Assembly (NCBI GenBank): GCA_016839815.1
Contig: JAEOTM010000084.1
Span: 1 to 39,200 of the forward strand
DNA length: 39,200 nt
Direction: 5' to 3'
From: Candidatus Hodarchaeota archaeon
GTDB taxonomy: Archaea > Asgardarchaeota > Heimdallarchaeia > Hodarchaeales > Hodarchaeaceae
The notes beneath the pieces were generated by a model. That model was not told where the DNA came from, did no database searches, and was given only the letters and a program-made list of their open reading frames with translations. This document shows positions 18,910 through 29,900 of this stretch, in pieces (the stretch's first letter is position 1; each line of letters opens with the position of its first letter). Position numbers and translations under genes: made by a program.

Positions 18910-20277
18910 TTAACCTGAAACAGTGAACCCATCAAAAGCAATAGAAGGGACTTTACCCATAAAAGTCAACTTATTGTCGTTACCAAATGATAAAATTTGG
19001 TTAAATGCGCTATAAAGATTCCCTGCAATGGTAACAGCTTCTAATGGATGTTTAATTTCTCCGTGTTCGATAACAAAGCTGGAAGGAGAAACAACAGAAA
19101 AATCACCAGAAATTAGGTTGGAATGAAGCATTCCCATAAGAAAATCAGTCACAAGAATACCATTCTCGACCTCTGCAATTAATCCATCAAGATCTTTCGA
19201 TCCAGGAGTAAGGGAGATAGTTGTCGGAGAGACAGAGGGCAGTGATTCATAAGATTGAGGTCCACCTCTACTTGCGTTCCCTGTACTTTCAGTACCATAA
19301 GTTTTTGCATAGTAATTGTCAAAAATAAAGGTTTTTAGGACACCATTTTCAATAATAGGAGTAGTAGTACGAGGATAACCTTCTCCATCAATAGCATGGA
19401 CATTAGGATCCTCAAAAATCTGTCCATCGTCATAAATATTCAGATCTGATATTCCTACTTGATCACCAATTCTGTCTGCAAAAGCGCTTCTTCCTTCAAC
19501 AACACTTTTTCCATTCACAGAATTGCTGAGTGCTGTTCTGATTAACTGACCAGCTGCAATAGGATCGAAAACAAACTTAGTTTGTTCTGATTTACCTAAT
19601 GGTGTAGCGTTTAACAATTTTATAGCTTTTTCTGCTCCTTTAGTGCCAATGCCATCAAATGAAGGAACCCCTCTATCCATAATATAGTCAAAACCTGTTT
19701 TGGTTTTTCCATCTTCAACTGCAGTGATATAGGACTGACCAAAAGTACCCGTTGTTGCAGAGGCTTTTACAATCCCATCAGAATTCCCGACTGCGAATGC
19801 ACCATAGCCTACATATACACCTCCAGAAACCGATGTTATTCGGGGATCGTATTTCTTTGCTTCTTGAAAGATTTGATCTGCACCGTGAACGGCTTCCTCA
19901 GAACTGACATCCAAAACAGAAGAATCAAGAATACCTTCTTTACTACTATTGGGATTATGAACAAAAGATTCCCATCTGTCATCAACCTGATTTAGCTTTG
20001 CTCCAGTAATTGCTGACTCAATAGCAAAATCCACTGCCGAATCTGTGATTCCAGAAGCAGAAGCAAATCCAATTTTTTTATCAAGAACACACCGGCAACC
20101 AACACCTATGGTTCCTCCTCTTTGTGCTGTAATGATACCAGCATCCATATTAATGGCTAGTTCATTAGATTTAATCAGGTACAAGTCTAATGATTTAGCA
20201 CCGATTGCAGATCCGTGTTTTAGTCCACGTTCGATACGATTTAGAAGATCTTCTTTCATGTCTGTGAATTCGCTCAT
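18910..20277 (-). CDS. pmbA: TldD/PmbA family protein, PmbA (TldE)-type non-catalytic subunit
   Basis: G.SAFADRIGDQV, DGEG, IIENGVL, STGNASRG, SGDFSV, IAGN; lacks HExxxH; ATGA overlap with tldD. Confidence 0.85.
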   Translation of the reverse strand: MSEFTDMKEDLLNRIERGLKHGSAIGAKSLDLYLIKSNELAINMDAGIITAQRGGTIGVGCRCVLDKKIGFASASGITDSAVDFAIESAITGAKLNQVDDRWESFVHNPNSSKEGILDSSVLDVSSEEAVHGADQIFQEAKKYDPRITSVSGGVYVGYGAFAVGNSDGIVKASATTGTFGQSYITAVEDGKTKTGFDYIMDRGVPSFDGIGTKGAEKAIKLLNATPLGKSEQTKFVFDPIAAGQLIRTALSNSVNGKSVVEGRSAFADRIGDQVGISDLNIYDDGQIFEDPNVHAIDGEGYPRTTTPIIENGVLKTFIFDNYYAKTYGTESTGNASRGGPQSYESLPSVSPTTISLTPGSKDLDGLIAEVENGILVTDFLMGMLHSNLISGDFSVVSPSSFVIEHGEIKHPLEAVTIAGNLYSAFNQILSFGNDNKLTFMGKVPSIAFDGFTVSG

Positions 20278-21701
20278 TTTGATTCGCCTCCAAATCGAAC
20301 TTTAGAAAATAATAACTTAGGACCACCATCTCCAACAGGAAGAGGAAATTGTCCTGATTTGCCACATCCTCCGAAATAACCCGAAGAAAGTTCAAAATCT
20401 TTCGTTGCTCCCTCAACTCTTTTTAATAGATCGAGAATATTACCTGTTAAACTAACATCCTTGAGAGGATACTTTTTGTCACCATTCTCAACCCAATATC
20501 CACGTACAGCCTTGAAAAGAAAGTCACCAGATCCTTCGACTTGACCACCGCTAGTTCTAATGGCATAAATGCCAGTACCTAACTGTTCGAGGGCTTCTTC
20601 TTCAGTTAAGTCTCCAGGTGTAAAATAGGTATTTTTCATTCTGGGAATTGGAGGGAAGGCAAAATTAATTGCTCGTGCATTACCAGAGTATTCAGTGTTT
20701 AGTAATTTGGCAGTAGATCTTGAGGTTAGGAAATTTTTCAGAACACCATCTTCCATTAGTACCGTACGAGTAGTTTTTACACCTTCATCATCATAAGGAA
20801 GGTATAGAGGAGTGGATTTTCCATTAAATTCAGTAACTCCTTCATCAATAATCGTCACTATATCTGCCCCTAGTTTTTCTCCAATCTTATCATGAATTGG
20901 ACTACCTTTTGTTACTATAAAATCTGCCTCAGTTAAGTGTCCAAATGATTCGTGAGCAAGCACACCGACTAAAGTATTCTCACAATACGCTCTAAATTCA
21001 CCCGCTGGAGCTGATTTAGCTTTTAATTGTTCTTTAGCCCATAAGGCAGCATTTCGTCCTAGATCTTCAGGAGTTGAACCATCTCGCTTATAGTATTCTA
21101 ACCCATAGGAACCACCTCGTCCATCACCCGCGCGTACTAAATCCCCTTCTGGTGTTTTACTAACAACTGTAGTCCGAAGGTCAGAGATATAGGGTGACCA
21201 TTGAATTTCGGTTCCATCCGAATTGGTGAACAATTTCTTTCCAGATAATTCTCCATACATGAGAATAAGACTATTGATATCTTTACCATAGTCTTTAGCT
21301 GTTGATTCCATCCGATTGATCAAGTCTAACTTGATCTCAGGTTCAGCTTGCCATGCAGGCTCCCGAAGTTTCGGTTCCAATTTTACTTTGACAGCTGATT
21401 GAGGTTCAATTTCTGCCTTTACGATTACTTTATTGGAGGTTGCTTTCGCTATTCCTAATGCATCCAGAGCTGCTTGTTCCAATGCCTTGGGATTGGAAAT
21501 ATCAGCTGAAAAAGCATACGCTGAAGCCCCCTTATAATAAACATTAAATCCGACTCCAGTCCGATTCATTGTTTTTAATTGAGTAATACGTCCATTTTCT
21601 TTAATGATAGTACGAAGTAAGAGTTCATCATAACGGGCGTCAATGTAATCCGCACCTAATGATTCACCCTTATGTATTATCTTCTGTAGTTCATCGAACA
21701 T
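20274..21701 (-). CDS. tldD: TldD metalloprotease subunit
   Basis: HESFGHLTEAD, YDDEG, GNARA, PIPRMKNTY and GGCGKSGQ..PVGDGGP motifs. Start set at MFDELQ (21701); ORF track extends to 21749. Confidence 0.92.
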   Translation of the reverse strand: MFDELQKIIHKGESLGADYIDARYDELLLRTIIKENGRITQLKTMNRTGVGFNVYYKGASAYAFSADISNPKALEQAALDALGIAKATSNKVIVKAEIEPQSAVKVKLEPKLREPAWQAEPEIKLDLINRMESTAKDYGKDINSLILMYGELSGKKLFTNSDGTEIQWSPYISDLRTTVVSKTPEGDLVRAGDGRGGSYGLEYYKRDGSTPEDLGRNAALWAKEQLKAKSAPAGEFRAYCENTLVGVLAHESFGHLTEADFIVTKGSPIHDKIGEKLGADIVTIIDEGVTEFNGKSTPLYLPYDDEGVKTTRTVLMEDGVLKNFLTSRSTAKLLNTEYSGNARAINFAFPPIPRMKNTYFTPGDLTEEEALEQLGTGIYAIRTSGGQVEGSGDFLFKAVRGYWVENGDKKYPLKDVSLTGNILDLLKRVEGATKDFELSSGYFGGCGKSGQFPLPVGDGGPKLLFSKVRFGGESK

Positions 21702-21805
21702 AAAGTAGCACCTACTAAATACTACTAGATCGAGAACCCATCTTTTCATTAAAAGGGATATGATTGCGGCAGATTGAGTGTTAGGTGGAAAAGAGGAATT
21801 CTTAG

Positions 21806-22540
21806 CTAAGTAAGTTTTTTTAAGAGTTGATTTAACTCTTTTCTCATGATTACTCTTCCTTTCTCATCTGAGGTATCAAATATCGCGATGCAATGAGATT
21901 TTGTGTTGATTGTAAAAATTCTAATTGATTCAAAATTCAATTCACTAGTAGAAAATGCTTGATTTGCATGTTCACTAAAATCTATTATATGTCGAAGGAT
22001 TAAGGTCATTTTTTCCGCGTGTTCATTGACATTAGGATCTGTTATGGATTTGAACACGGGATGAAAAAACTTCGTTTCATAAATAAGATAATTCTTAATT
22101 TTAGAATTTCCCATAATTGCGATGAGATTATTTAAAGATGGTAAATCGATTTCTACCATATCTGTGTACATATTTTTCACAATCTCATGAAAACTATCGA
22201 AGAAATATCGTTCCACCACAGTTTCTTCATGTAAAACTTTCGTAAACATAAGCTCAAATCTTAGCACCACTTCACGAATGAAATCATACTGGTGTGGATC
22301 CTCCTCGGTAGTAGAAAGCACCCCATAGGTTAACACACCCTCATATAACAGAAACACATAATTATCTCTTAACCGAATAGACTTTATAGTCTCTTGCTGA
22401 GTTTCACGTAAAGCACCAAAAATAGCAGACATTAAACCAGCGTTTAGATCTTCATCAATTTCTTCATAATTATATGTACTGGTGAACTCATGGTTGAATA
22501 CTAGAATGCCAGTTTTATTGATGATACTAAGACCTATCAT
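21806..22540 (-). CDS. Longin-domain + roadblock-like domain protein (eukaryotic signature protein type)
   Basis: N-half GLSIINKTGILVF..DEDL.AGLMSAI..A.RE..IKSIRL..FLLYEG..YGVL..FIREVV.RF..F..F.EIV is a longin pattern; C-half shows alpha-beta-beta-alpha-beta-beta-beta-alpha roadblock topology. Confidence 0.7.
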   Translation of the reverse strand: MIGLSIINKTGILVFNHEFTSTYNYEEIDEDLNAGLMSAIFGALRETQQETIKSIRLRDNYVFLLYEGVLTYGVLSTTEEDPHQYDFIREVVLRFELMFTKVLHEETVVERYFFDSFHEIVKNMYTDMVEIDLPSLNNLIAIMGNSKIKNYLIYETKFFHPVFKSITDPNVNEHAEKMTLILRHIIDFSEHANQAFSTSELNFESIRIFTINTKSHCIAIFDTSDEKGRVIMRKELNQLLKKLT

Positions 22541-22747
22541 ATGATAAAAATCTCTTTTAATTCAGATCTATGATATTTTAGAGGAATAGTTGGAAATTCT
22601 TTCCATTGAAAAATAAATATTGATGCACGAATATAAGGGTTTGAGAATAAACTTTTATTATGTATTCTTAAGACTTCATACTTATTATTGTATTTGCTAT
22701 ACTCTAACTTCCCCGATCAGAAAACAAGATACGAAATGGAAATTAGC

Positions 22748-24010
22748 TTAAAACTGTTGAGTTGTAATCGGGGGAAAATCTGTTTCAAAAAGTCTATTTA
22801 CAATATCTAGGTAATCCAGATTCGAGATCTGAGCTACCCCTAAGGAATACAATTTCTTAAATGGAATTACTCCCATGAACATGGAAGAGAAAGCTTTGAT
22901 ATCCATATGAATTTCTACATCAAAGTCATTAGTATCATCCAGAAGAGTACAAATTCCTTTATCAAAATTAAGAAGGAGTTTGTTGTTATTAACTTCTAGG
23001 AAATCGTCTTCTAATGAGAGTAGAAGCTTTACAGTCTGATTACGAAAATTAAATGTCGATAAGTCAGTGAAAAGTTTCTTAACATTGATAATTCGATACA
23101 TTATTCCTAAGCCTTGAAGATTACTCTCTTGAGAGGTGAGAAATAGTTTATTTCCACCAGTACGTGGATCATGTAGAAGATAATGGAAGAAATCATCCTG
23201 AGTGTGAAAATACATCTCACGAACTTGATCAGCTTGAGTACGAAGATAAGCGAGTAATTCATGGAGAGCTGTACTATTTTCATAAATTAACTCTTCAATA
23301 ATGAGATCCTGTAGTATGAAATTGTCAGGGTCAACTCTTTTGAAGCTGAAGGCAAGAAATCCCTGAAGTTCACCGTTTTTCTTATAACCAACAACATCGA
23401 GCTTAGACACTGATCGTTTCATTGATTTTTCATTTGTCAAAATCATCCCATGTGTTTTTGTAACAAAACGGTTGAAGCAGTCAACAATTTCCTTAAGATT
23501 AGAAATCCCAAGTTTCACAATATGACTTTTACTACCTCTGGGTAATGAACTAGGCTTAAATCGATAGCGGTTCATCTTTTTGCCAAGACCATACCCCATA
23601 TCGGCGTAAAAATCAGGCCTAAAAGGATACAGAGCTGTAATTGTTACTCCCCGGTCATAATAATGATCATGAAACGCTTTTACAATATTTTTTGCCGCAT
23701 ACTCTTTCTTATATAGTAAATCCACGCAAACTAAGCCGATCCCTCCGACATCGACAAATCGATCAAATAAAGTCATTCTAAAATCGAAATAGACCATGCC
23801 TCCGACCAAAGTCTCTCCCTTAAAACAGCCAATATAATTGATATGAGGATCTTCCTCATTGGACGTTCTCATCCGATCAAGCCATGATTGTTGCGCCTCT
23901 GAAGAAAAATTATCAGGGAGCATAACAGGGTAGGCTTTCATAACGATTTTTTGGAACTCAGACAACTCATCAGAAGTGAGTTTTTTGAAAGAATATCCTT
24001 CGTATTTCAA
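22748..24010 (-). CDS. Eis-like GNAT acetyltransferase with C-terminal SCP2-like domain
   Basis: GGIGLVCVD, ALYPFRPDFY..MGYG, MYRIINV, L.LEDDFL..NN C-terminal domain; 420 aa, TTG start. Confidence 0.9.
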   Translation of the reverse strand: MKYEGYSFKKLTSDELSEFQKIVMKAYPVMLPDNFSSEAQQSWLDRMRTSNEEDPHINYIGCFKGETLVGGMVYFDFRMTLFDRFVDVGGIGLVCVDLLYKKEYAAKNIVKAFHDHYYDRGVTITALYPFRPDFYADMGYGLGKKMNRYRFKPSSLPRGSKSHIVKLGISNLKEIVDCFNRFVTKTHGMILTNEKSMKRSVSKLDVVGYKKNGELQGFLAFSFKRVDPDNFILQDLIIEELIYENSTALHELLAYLRTQADQVREMYFHTQDDFFHYLLHDPRTGGNKLFLTSQESNLQGLGIMYRIINVKKLFTDLSTFNFRNQTVKLLLSLEDDFLEVNNNKLLLNFDKGICTLLDDTNDFDVEIHMDIKAFSSMFMGVIPFKKLYSLGVAQISNLDYLDIVNRLFETDFPPITTQQF

Positions 24011-24207
24011 AGTAGAATGCCTCTAATATATTCATATTGAACAGTTAATAATGAAAATCGACAATAGAGTTATTTTTTTAAATATTCTTACATAGGCAAG
24101 GGCTAAGTTACTTGTATGTGATTTAATACCTAAAATAAGCCTCTAAAAGATAGGAAATCATGTTATTCTTAAGGAAAAAATGAAAAAAGAGAAAAAGAGG
24201 GAAAAGA

Positions 24208-26961
24208 TTAACCTGGTGGTTTTCGTCTGGATCTCTTTGGATCTGTCGCGTCTTTACCAGTACCTCCGCTATCACCTGAACCACCGAATTTATCTTTAAG
24301 AGCTCCAACACCCTTATCAAGTGCACCAGTCTTTTTGGCAGCATAAATCACTGCTGCTCCACCGCCACCAATGACAGCCCCACCAGCAGCCATCGGTAGT
24401 AAAGTATCGAACAACCCTGGTTTATGAATGGTGGGTGTGTACGGAATGAAGGTTGGGACCGTTTCCCGTGTGATAAGGATATCCTCAGGACCAATAGTGA
24501 TAGTAAGTGCATAAATCGTTGCTTCTCCTTCATCCATGTTTACTCGGAAGTAAATGTCAGTACTATTGAAAACACTTGTATACGTTTGATTCATGGGGAA
24601 AGGACCAACAGTTTCAGCAGTACTAGCTGTAAGCCTGCTGAAATCGATTACACTACCATTTGGATATAGTAGCTCAAGATCCAGATTTTGACCCTGACCG
24701 AAATTAACCTCAACGATAATAGCTAAACCAGCAGGTAAGTTTGTGACATAAAAATCATCATCCTTTACACGCATTTGCAAACTTGACATAACATGTGATA
24801 CGGGTTCATCAGGAAAATTTTGTATGAAATTAACTCTTGTAGCATGAGCTAAATCATCATTATCCTCATAAATATCATCAGTTTCAAGGATATCAATGGA
24901 TAGATTATATTGATTAGAGGTACCATCAATTACGCAAACAATATAGTACCGTCCTGATCGAGATGCAGTAAAACTTAACGTCTCGTTGAATAAAGTGCGA
25001 CTTTGTTCAGCTAAAGATTGATCGTCAAATAAAAGATCGAGGTCAATATCGTTGAGATATTCTTCAACACCCCATGTACCTGCTACATATGTCAGGTTGA
25101 TCTCAATCACATCTGATTCAGCAAGATAGAGGTAATACCAATCATCATCTTTATCACGGAGAATTAAGTCTGAATAATCCCCTTCTGCAATGGGTGCTGC
25201 GGTTTGTGAATTATCATTGGATTCAAAAGCATCATCAAATTCAGCAAGAACGATTGACATATTATACTCTACTCCAATATTCGCATATGAACCAAATTTT
25301 CCCGCAACTCCAATATAATATACGTCACTTCGCCAGGCCATAAATGATACGGTCTCTGTATTAGAGAGAGAAAGTATAGAGGTAGCGATAAGATAACCAT
25401 CTGCAGTGGCCAACGCTAAGTCTAAATCACCTAATGAATTATTGAATTCTATAGTAACTGTCAGATAATCACCTGGAAGGAGAGAAATGACATAAAAGTC
25501 TGGATCACCTTCTTGGGAGAAAAGACCACCAAATGGATCCGCAGGAGTGGGGCGAATCTCTTGAGAGGTCGAAGGTAATAAATATGGATGGAATATGTCA
25601 TCATTATCTTCTGCCCAATCATCAATTTCGTCCATAGCGATGGTGAGGTTGTAATAACGAGGGTCAGAATTATCACCGGAGACGTGAATGAGATAAATTG
25701 CATCCTTGTTAGCTCTATGAGGACCTATTCTTAAACCACCAAATATTGGAATTCCTGCTCCTACTAATCCTGCAGCAGTTTCATTCTCATACAAAGTTAA
25801 TTCTAAATCACCAATGAAGGAGAACCATTTGAGTTCAACCAAAATTCTTTCTGTTGCAGAAACTGCAACTTTATACCAATCATCAGAACTTTCAAAAATA
25901 ACTAATCCTGTATAATGACCTTCATTCAACCCTAAAGCAGTAGCATTGACATCGTTACCACCTGCTTCAACTTCGATCGAGTCTTCAATTGTGATATTTA
26001 ATTGATAGTAATTTGCAGTATTCATATAGCTATTATCGAAAAGGAGATAGTGCCATCCATCGTAGTAAGTTTTAAAATTTATAGAATCTATATCATTCGC
26101 TCCAGATTCATCAAATTTCTCAATGCCAGTTAGAGTTCCCTCAATGGCTTCCTCATCATAAACATAGAAGGAAGGGCCGTCTGGTTCGGGTGATCCTCCA
26201 TCAACAAAGGCTGCAACGGTAATTGTCACATCAGTGTTATTATAAAACCAAATACAATACCAATCTTGCTTATTAAAGTCAGAAAAACCAGTTGTTGTGG
26301 AAAATCGAAGATTATCATACGATCCTGGAGTGATTTCATCATCGCTGGATCCATCACGGGGGTCATCAAGCTCACTAATTTGATCATTAGGAGTTGTTAA
26401 TTCCCATTTGTCTTCCAGTATAACTGACATATTGTAGACAGTCGAATAGTCGTCTTGATAGCCGATGAATGGTTTTTCTGCAATTACAAGAATAAAGAAG
26501 GTCTCGGCTTGGGAAACAAAAATTGGACCAATTCCTTCTTCGTTTCCATTACCATTACTTACCCCAATAAGACTCGCATTCTCCGCTCGAAGTTCAATAT
26601 CAACGTCTGCCACTAATTCAGGGTCGTCGTAGGTGAAATATTGCCCATTTATATCATAGACATTTGTTTGATTGAACTCTAAATAGATAGAGAAGTAGAA
26701 ACCTGGATTAACATCGAATCGGTAGTAATCAGCGTCGGTAGTACTGACATTCAAAGGTGTGTTGGGATTATTCTTAATAGAGTTTGATCCGAGATGGAAA
26801 GCGGTAGACCAATCCTCTGGGCCTTCCCAGATTGTATCAGAGTAAGTCAGAGGACCAGCTGCAACCTCTTGTGGTGTCAAAGGTGAGAATACTAGTAAAA
26901 ACTGCAAGAAAAAGACAACAAGGAGTAATTGTATAAGTCGTGACTTTGGACCGAATATCAT
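24208..26961 (-). CDS. Single-pass surface protein with about six pre-peptidase C-terminal (PPC)/collagen-binding-like beta-sandwich repeats
   Basis: Signal peptide from MIFGPK (ATG 26961, GGAGG RBS, ATGA overlap with upstream stop). Repeats D-x-x-E-x-N-D...D.DWY...D.DL.L...E...YYI.V...Y.L.I, then Gly-rich TM and ~40-aa tail. Confidence 0.85.
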   Translation of the reverse strand: MIFGPKSRLIQLLLVVFFLQFLLVFSPLTPQEVAAGPLTYSDTIWEGPEDWSTAFHLGSNSIKNNPNTPLNVSTTDADYYRFDVNPGFYFSIYLEFNQTNVYDINGQYFTYDDPELVADVDIELRAENASLIGVSNGNGNEEGIGPIFVSQAETFFILVIAEKPFIGYQDDYSTVYNMSVILEDKWELTTPNDQISELDDPRDGSSDDEITPGSYDNLRFSTTTGFSDFNKQDWYCIWFYNNTDVTITVAAFVDGGSPEPDGPSFYVYDEEAIEGTLTGIEKFDESGANDIDSINFKTYYDGWHYLLFDNSYMNTANYYQLNITIEDSIEVEAGGNDVNATALGLNEGHYTGLVIFESSDDWYKVAVSATERILVELKWFSFIGDLELTLYENETAAGLVGAGIPIFGGLRIGPHRANKDAIYLIHVSGDNSDPRYYNLTIAMDEIDDWAEDNDDIFHPYLLPSTSQEIRPTPADPFGGLFSQEGDPDFYVISLLPGDYLTVTIEFNNSLGDLDLALATADGYLIATSILSLSNTETVSFMAWRSDVYYIGVAGKFGSYANIGVEYNMSIVLAEFDDAFESNDNSQTAAPIAEGDYSDLILRDKDDDWYYLYLAESDVIEINLTYVAGTWGVEEYLNDIDLDLLFDDQSLAEQSRTLFNETLSFTASRSGRYYIVCVIDGTSNQYNLSIDILETDDIYEDNDDLAHATRVNFIQNFPDEPVSHVMSSLQMRVKDDDFYVTNLPAGLAIIVEVNFGQGQNLDLELLYPNGSVIDFSRLTASTAETVGPFPMNQTYTSVFNSTDIYFRVNMDEGEATIYALTITIGPEDILITRETVPTFIPYTPTIHKPGLFDTLLPMAAGGAVIGGGGAAVIYAAKKTGALDKGVGALKDKFGGSGDSGGTGKDATDPKRSRRKPPG

Positions 26962-29900
26962 TTGATTAACCTCCTTTGAGTGAAAATAGTGGTGGGAATT
27001 ATTAACAGGCCAAATAGGATAGTTAGGGTCAACGTTAACGGTTCGATGTGCCACTTTTTACTATCGGCTGTGATACGTGGAGCGTCCGATATAACGGAGA
27101 GCGTATTTCCATTAGGAAGGTCATCCACACGTTTACCGCTCATTGGTCCTTCTTGTGGAATAATTATATCGGATTTTCCGTGAAGGACAAATATCCATCC
27201 GTCTGCTGTTCCTACTGCCACATCTTGAATACCATCATCATTGAAATCACCCAAAGTCATAGTAGTAATTACATATGAGGGTACGAAAGATGCCCATACC
27301 ACTTCACCTAGGTTTCCATCAAGAGCAAAGATATTATCATGGTTAAGGGAAAGAATATCTTTTACTCCATCATCATTCATATCTGCTACAAGATACTTCG
27401 GAAGGTAGAAGGTAGACCGATCCTCAAAGAACCATAGGATAGTTGATACTTTGCTGTTTAGGACGTACGTTCCTTCACCAAAGGAGTGAACAATAATCTC
27501 ATCTTCTCCATTATTGTCGAAGTCGGCAATGGTCATGTGAGAAAGACGGAAGGGAATATACAAGTTCATTTTCCCTGCTTGAGTAGGTGCACTAATCCAA
27601 TCATTACTTTGATATGTTGCTACAGTTCCATTACGAACGATTGTAGCGATCATGGGAAGACTCTGATCTTTGTCAAAGAGACCAACGGCAAAGTCTTGGA
27701 CTGGAACTGCGAACGCTCGCAAATATGCACCAGTAACTCCATTATAAAGCCAAATAGAATGTTCATAAGCTGATACAACAATGTCTAGGCTGTTACCAGT
27801 ACCACGGAAGTCGGCAGCTTCAAACTTCGTGAAAGGAGCAAATGGTTGATACCTCTGCCAAATAATTGATCTGCTATTAACGTTGTATAAGTCAAAGCGA
27901 CCCCATAAGTGAGTGAAACGGAAACCAAGAGCCAGACCTAGCTCTTCTACAACGCCATCTTGATTAGTATCCACGAACTTCATACTATTAATAATAACAG
28001 GGCCAAGATAATCTTCCCAAATCGGGCGTCCAGTTTCACCGTTTACAATTACTAAAAGACCACTCTTTAGAGCAATCGCAATATCATCAAAACCATCTTG
28101 CAGATGGAAATCATGAATAGCAATTTGGGAAATGGGTGAACTGACACGATATTTCCAAATCATATCACCAGTCAATCCATCAAGAGAAATTAAATAGCGA
28201 GCACGATCACCAAAGATGATATCCTCAAAACCATCAGCGTTGAAATCGCCCACACCAATTCTTGTAACAATTCCTCTAGTCTGGAAGGAAACAGAATCAT
28301 TCATTTGGACAGCAATATTCCGATAATGAGTGGGTTCATATCTCACGTAAGTAAACATGGCTGAAAAACCACTAGGAGTAAGAACAGCCACATCAGCAAA
28401 CTCACCGAAGTCACCAAGGGAATGATAGGGTACAAAACCACTGAATTCATAGAAGAAGAGAGGAGTCCCCTTACTACCATCTAGAACTTTGAGTTCACCA
28501 GTATGAGGATAGTTATTCCCTTGAAAAATGGTGGAGAAAAGAAGATCGTCATGCTGACCATCATCATCCAAGTCACCTTGGAAGATATGAGCAGCATAGC
28601 TATTCCAAAGATAATACTCCCAAAGTGATTCTTTTAGATCCAAACCTGAAAAAGTCATCAGCTTGGTGGGTCCGAAACTCTCGTAACTAAAGTCATCAAT
28701 AGAAAAGAAACCTTCCCAATTGGGTAAAGTACCAGTAACTTTCACCGTGTGAATACGGCCGAGAGGATCGTTCAATTCCGCAAAGATTTGAGGTTCAGAG
28801 TTTCTAATGGTAGTATTGGTGATTTCAACACCAAATTCATCATATGCTGTCCAGATAAACGTTCCTGAGTAGAAACTCGAATCAGCCGTTCCGAAATATG
28901 CTGAGACTCGATATGCCTTTGAATCGATAGTAATGAAGTTATTTGCTTCACGAGTGATAATCACCATATCACCAGAATGAGGAATAATTTCTGCTGACCC
29001 TGAGGCATTATAGGTTGTCCATCCGTATCGGTAGACGTTATTTAGATTGGAAAAGTTTAACCCATCGATCTTATGAGCTATCCGTTCGTTTTCATAGAAT
29101 TCCTCGAAAGTTGCAGTATAATTGCCGTTAGTACCCATTACTTGAAACATGACATCGTCAAAAGAATCCTCGTTGAAATCATATCTGAGAGTATCCTCGT
29201 AGTTTCCAACAGAGTTTTCTATGGTCATATTCCAAAGTTGTTGAGATCTATTAATTAGACCATCGTATGCAAACATAATTCCATTGTTAAGGATCAAAAT
29301 ATCCTCATGACCATCATCGGTTAAGGGCATTTGAACTGCAGTCAGACCAAAAACAGCCTCACTAACATTATATTCATGGATAATTGATCCATTAATATCA
29401 ATATAGGCTACTATTCCAGCGGAAGTAATCGTATCACGACAGGAGATTAATAAGGTCTGATTGCCAATGGAAATGTGATCAATATTCCAACTATCGTTAA
29501 CTTCGTAAAGTGGAGAAGCAGTATCGTATAAAACATCTCCATCATCTCCGTTAACGACTAATACACGATTTGATAGGCCAATCAGAATATCGAGAGTGGG
29601 GTCCCCATTCATATCAGCAAAGATAAATTCGTTCAACCCATAAGTAGACTGATACCTAAAGGGAACAGGACTAGTCCAGCTTTCAAAGGGACTATTCTCA
29701 TTGATAATTAACCCATATAGTTTTAATGCTCCGTTTTCACCAGCAGCCTGTTTATCATAATCAAAAGCTAAAAAGACTAGGTCATCACGTCCATTCTGAT
29801 CTAAGTCAACAGCTTTCATCCATAGTATAGCCGAGTTCCTTGTGAGAGGATCTACGCTATTAGAAAGATCGTATACCCAAAATTCTTTACCAGTTTGACC

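Noticed and set aside
17887-21749. TldDE as part of a RiPP/microcin biosynthetic cluster
   Set aside because: No YcaO, radical SAM enzyme, transporter or convincing precursor peptide is adjacent; tldD-pmbA pairs are common housekeeping genes in archaea.
4973-24010. Antibiotic-resistance island (MBL, beta-lactamase-like, YcaQ/AlkZ, Eis-like)
   Set aside because: These are broad superfamilies, scattered among unrelated genes, with no specific resistance signatures or shared mobile context.
26962-27054. N-terminal extension of the 948-aa ORF call
   Set aside because: It overlaps the 3' end of the giant gene; ATG 26961 has a GGAGG RBS, an ATGA overlap and begins a signal peptide.
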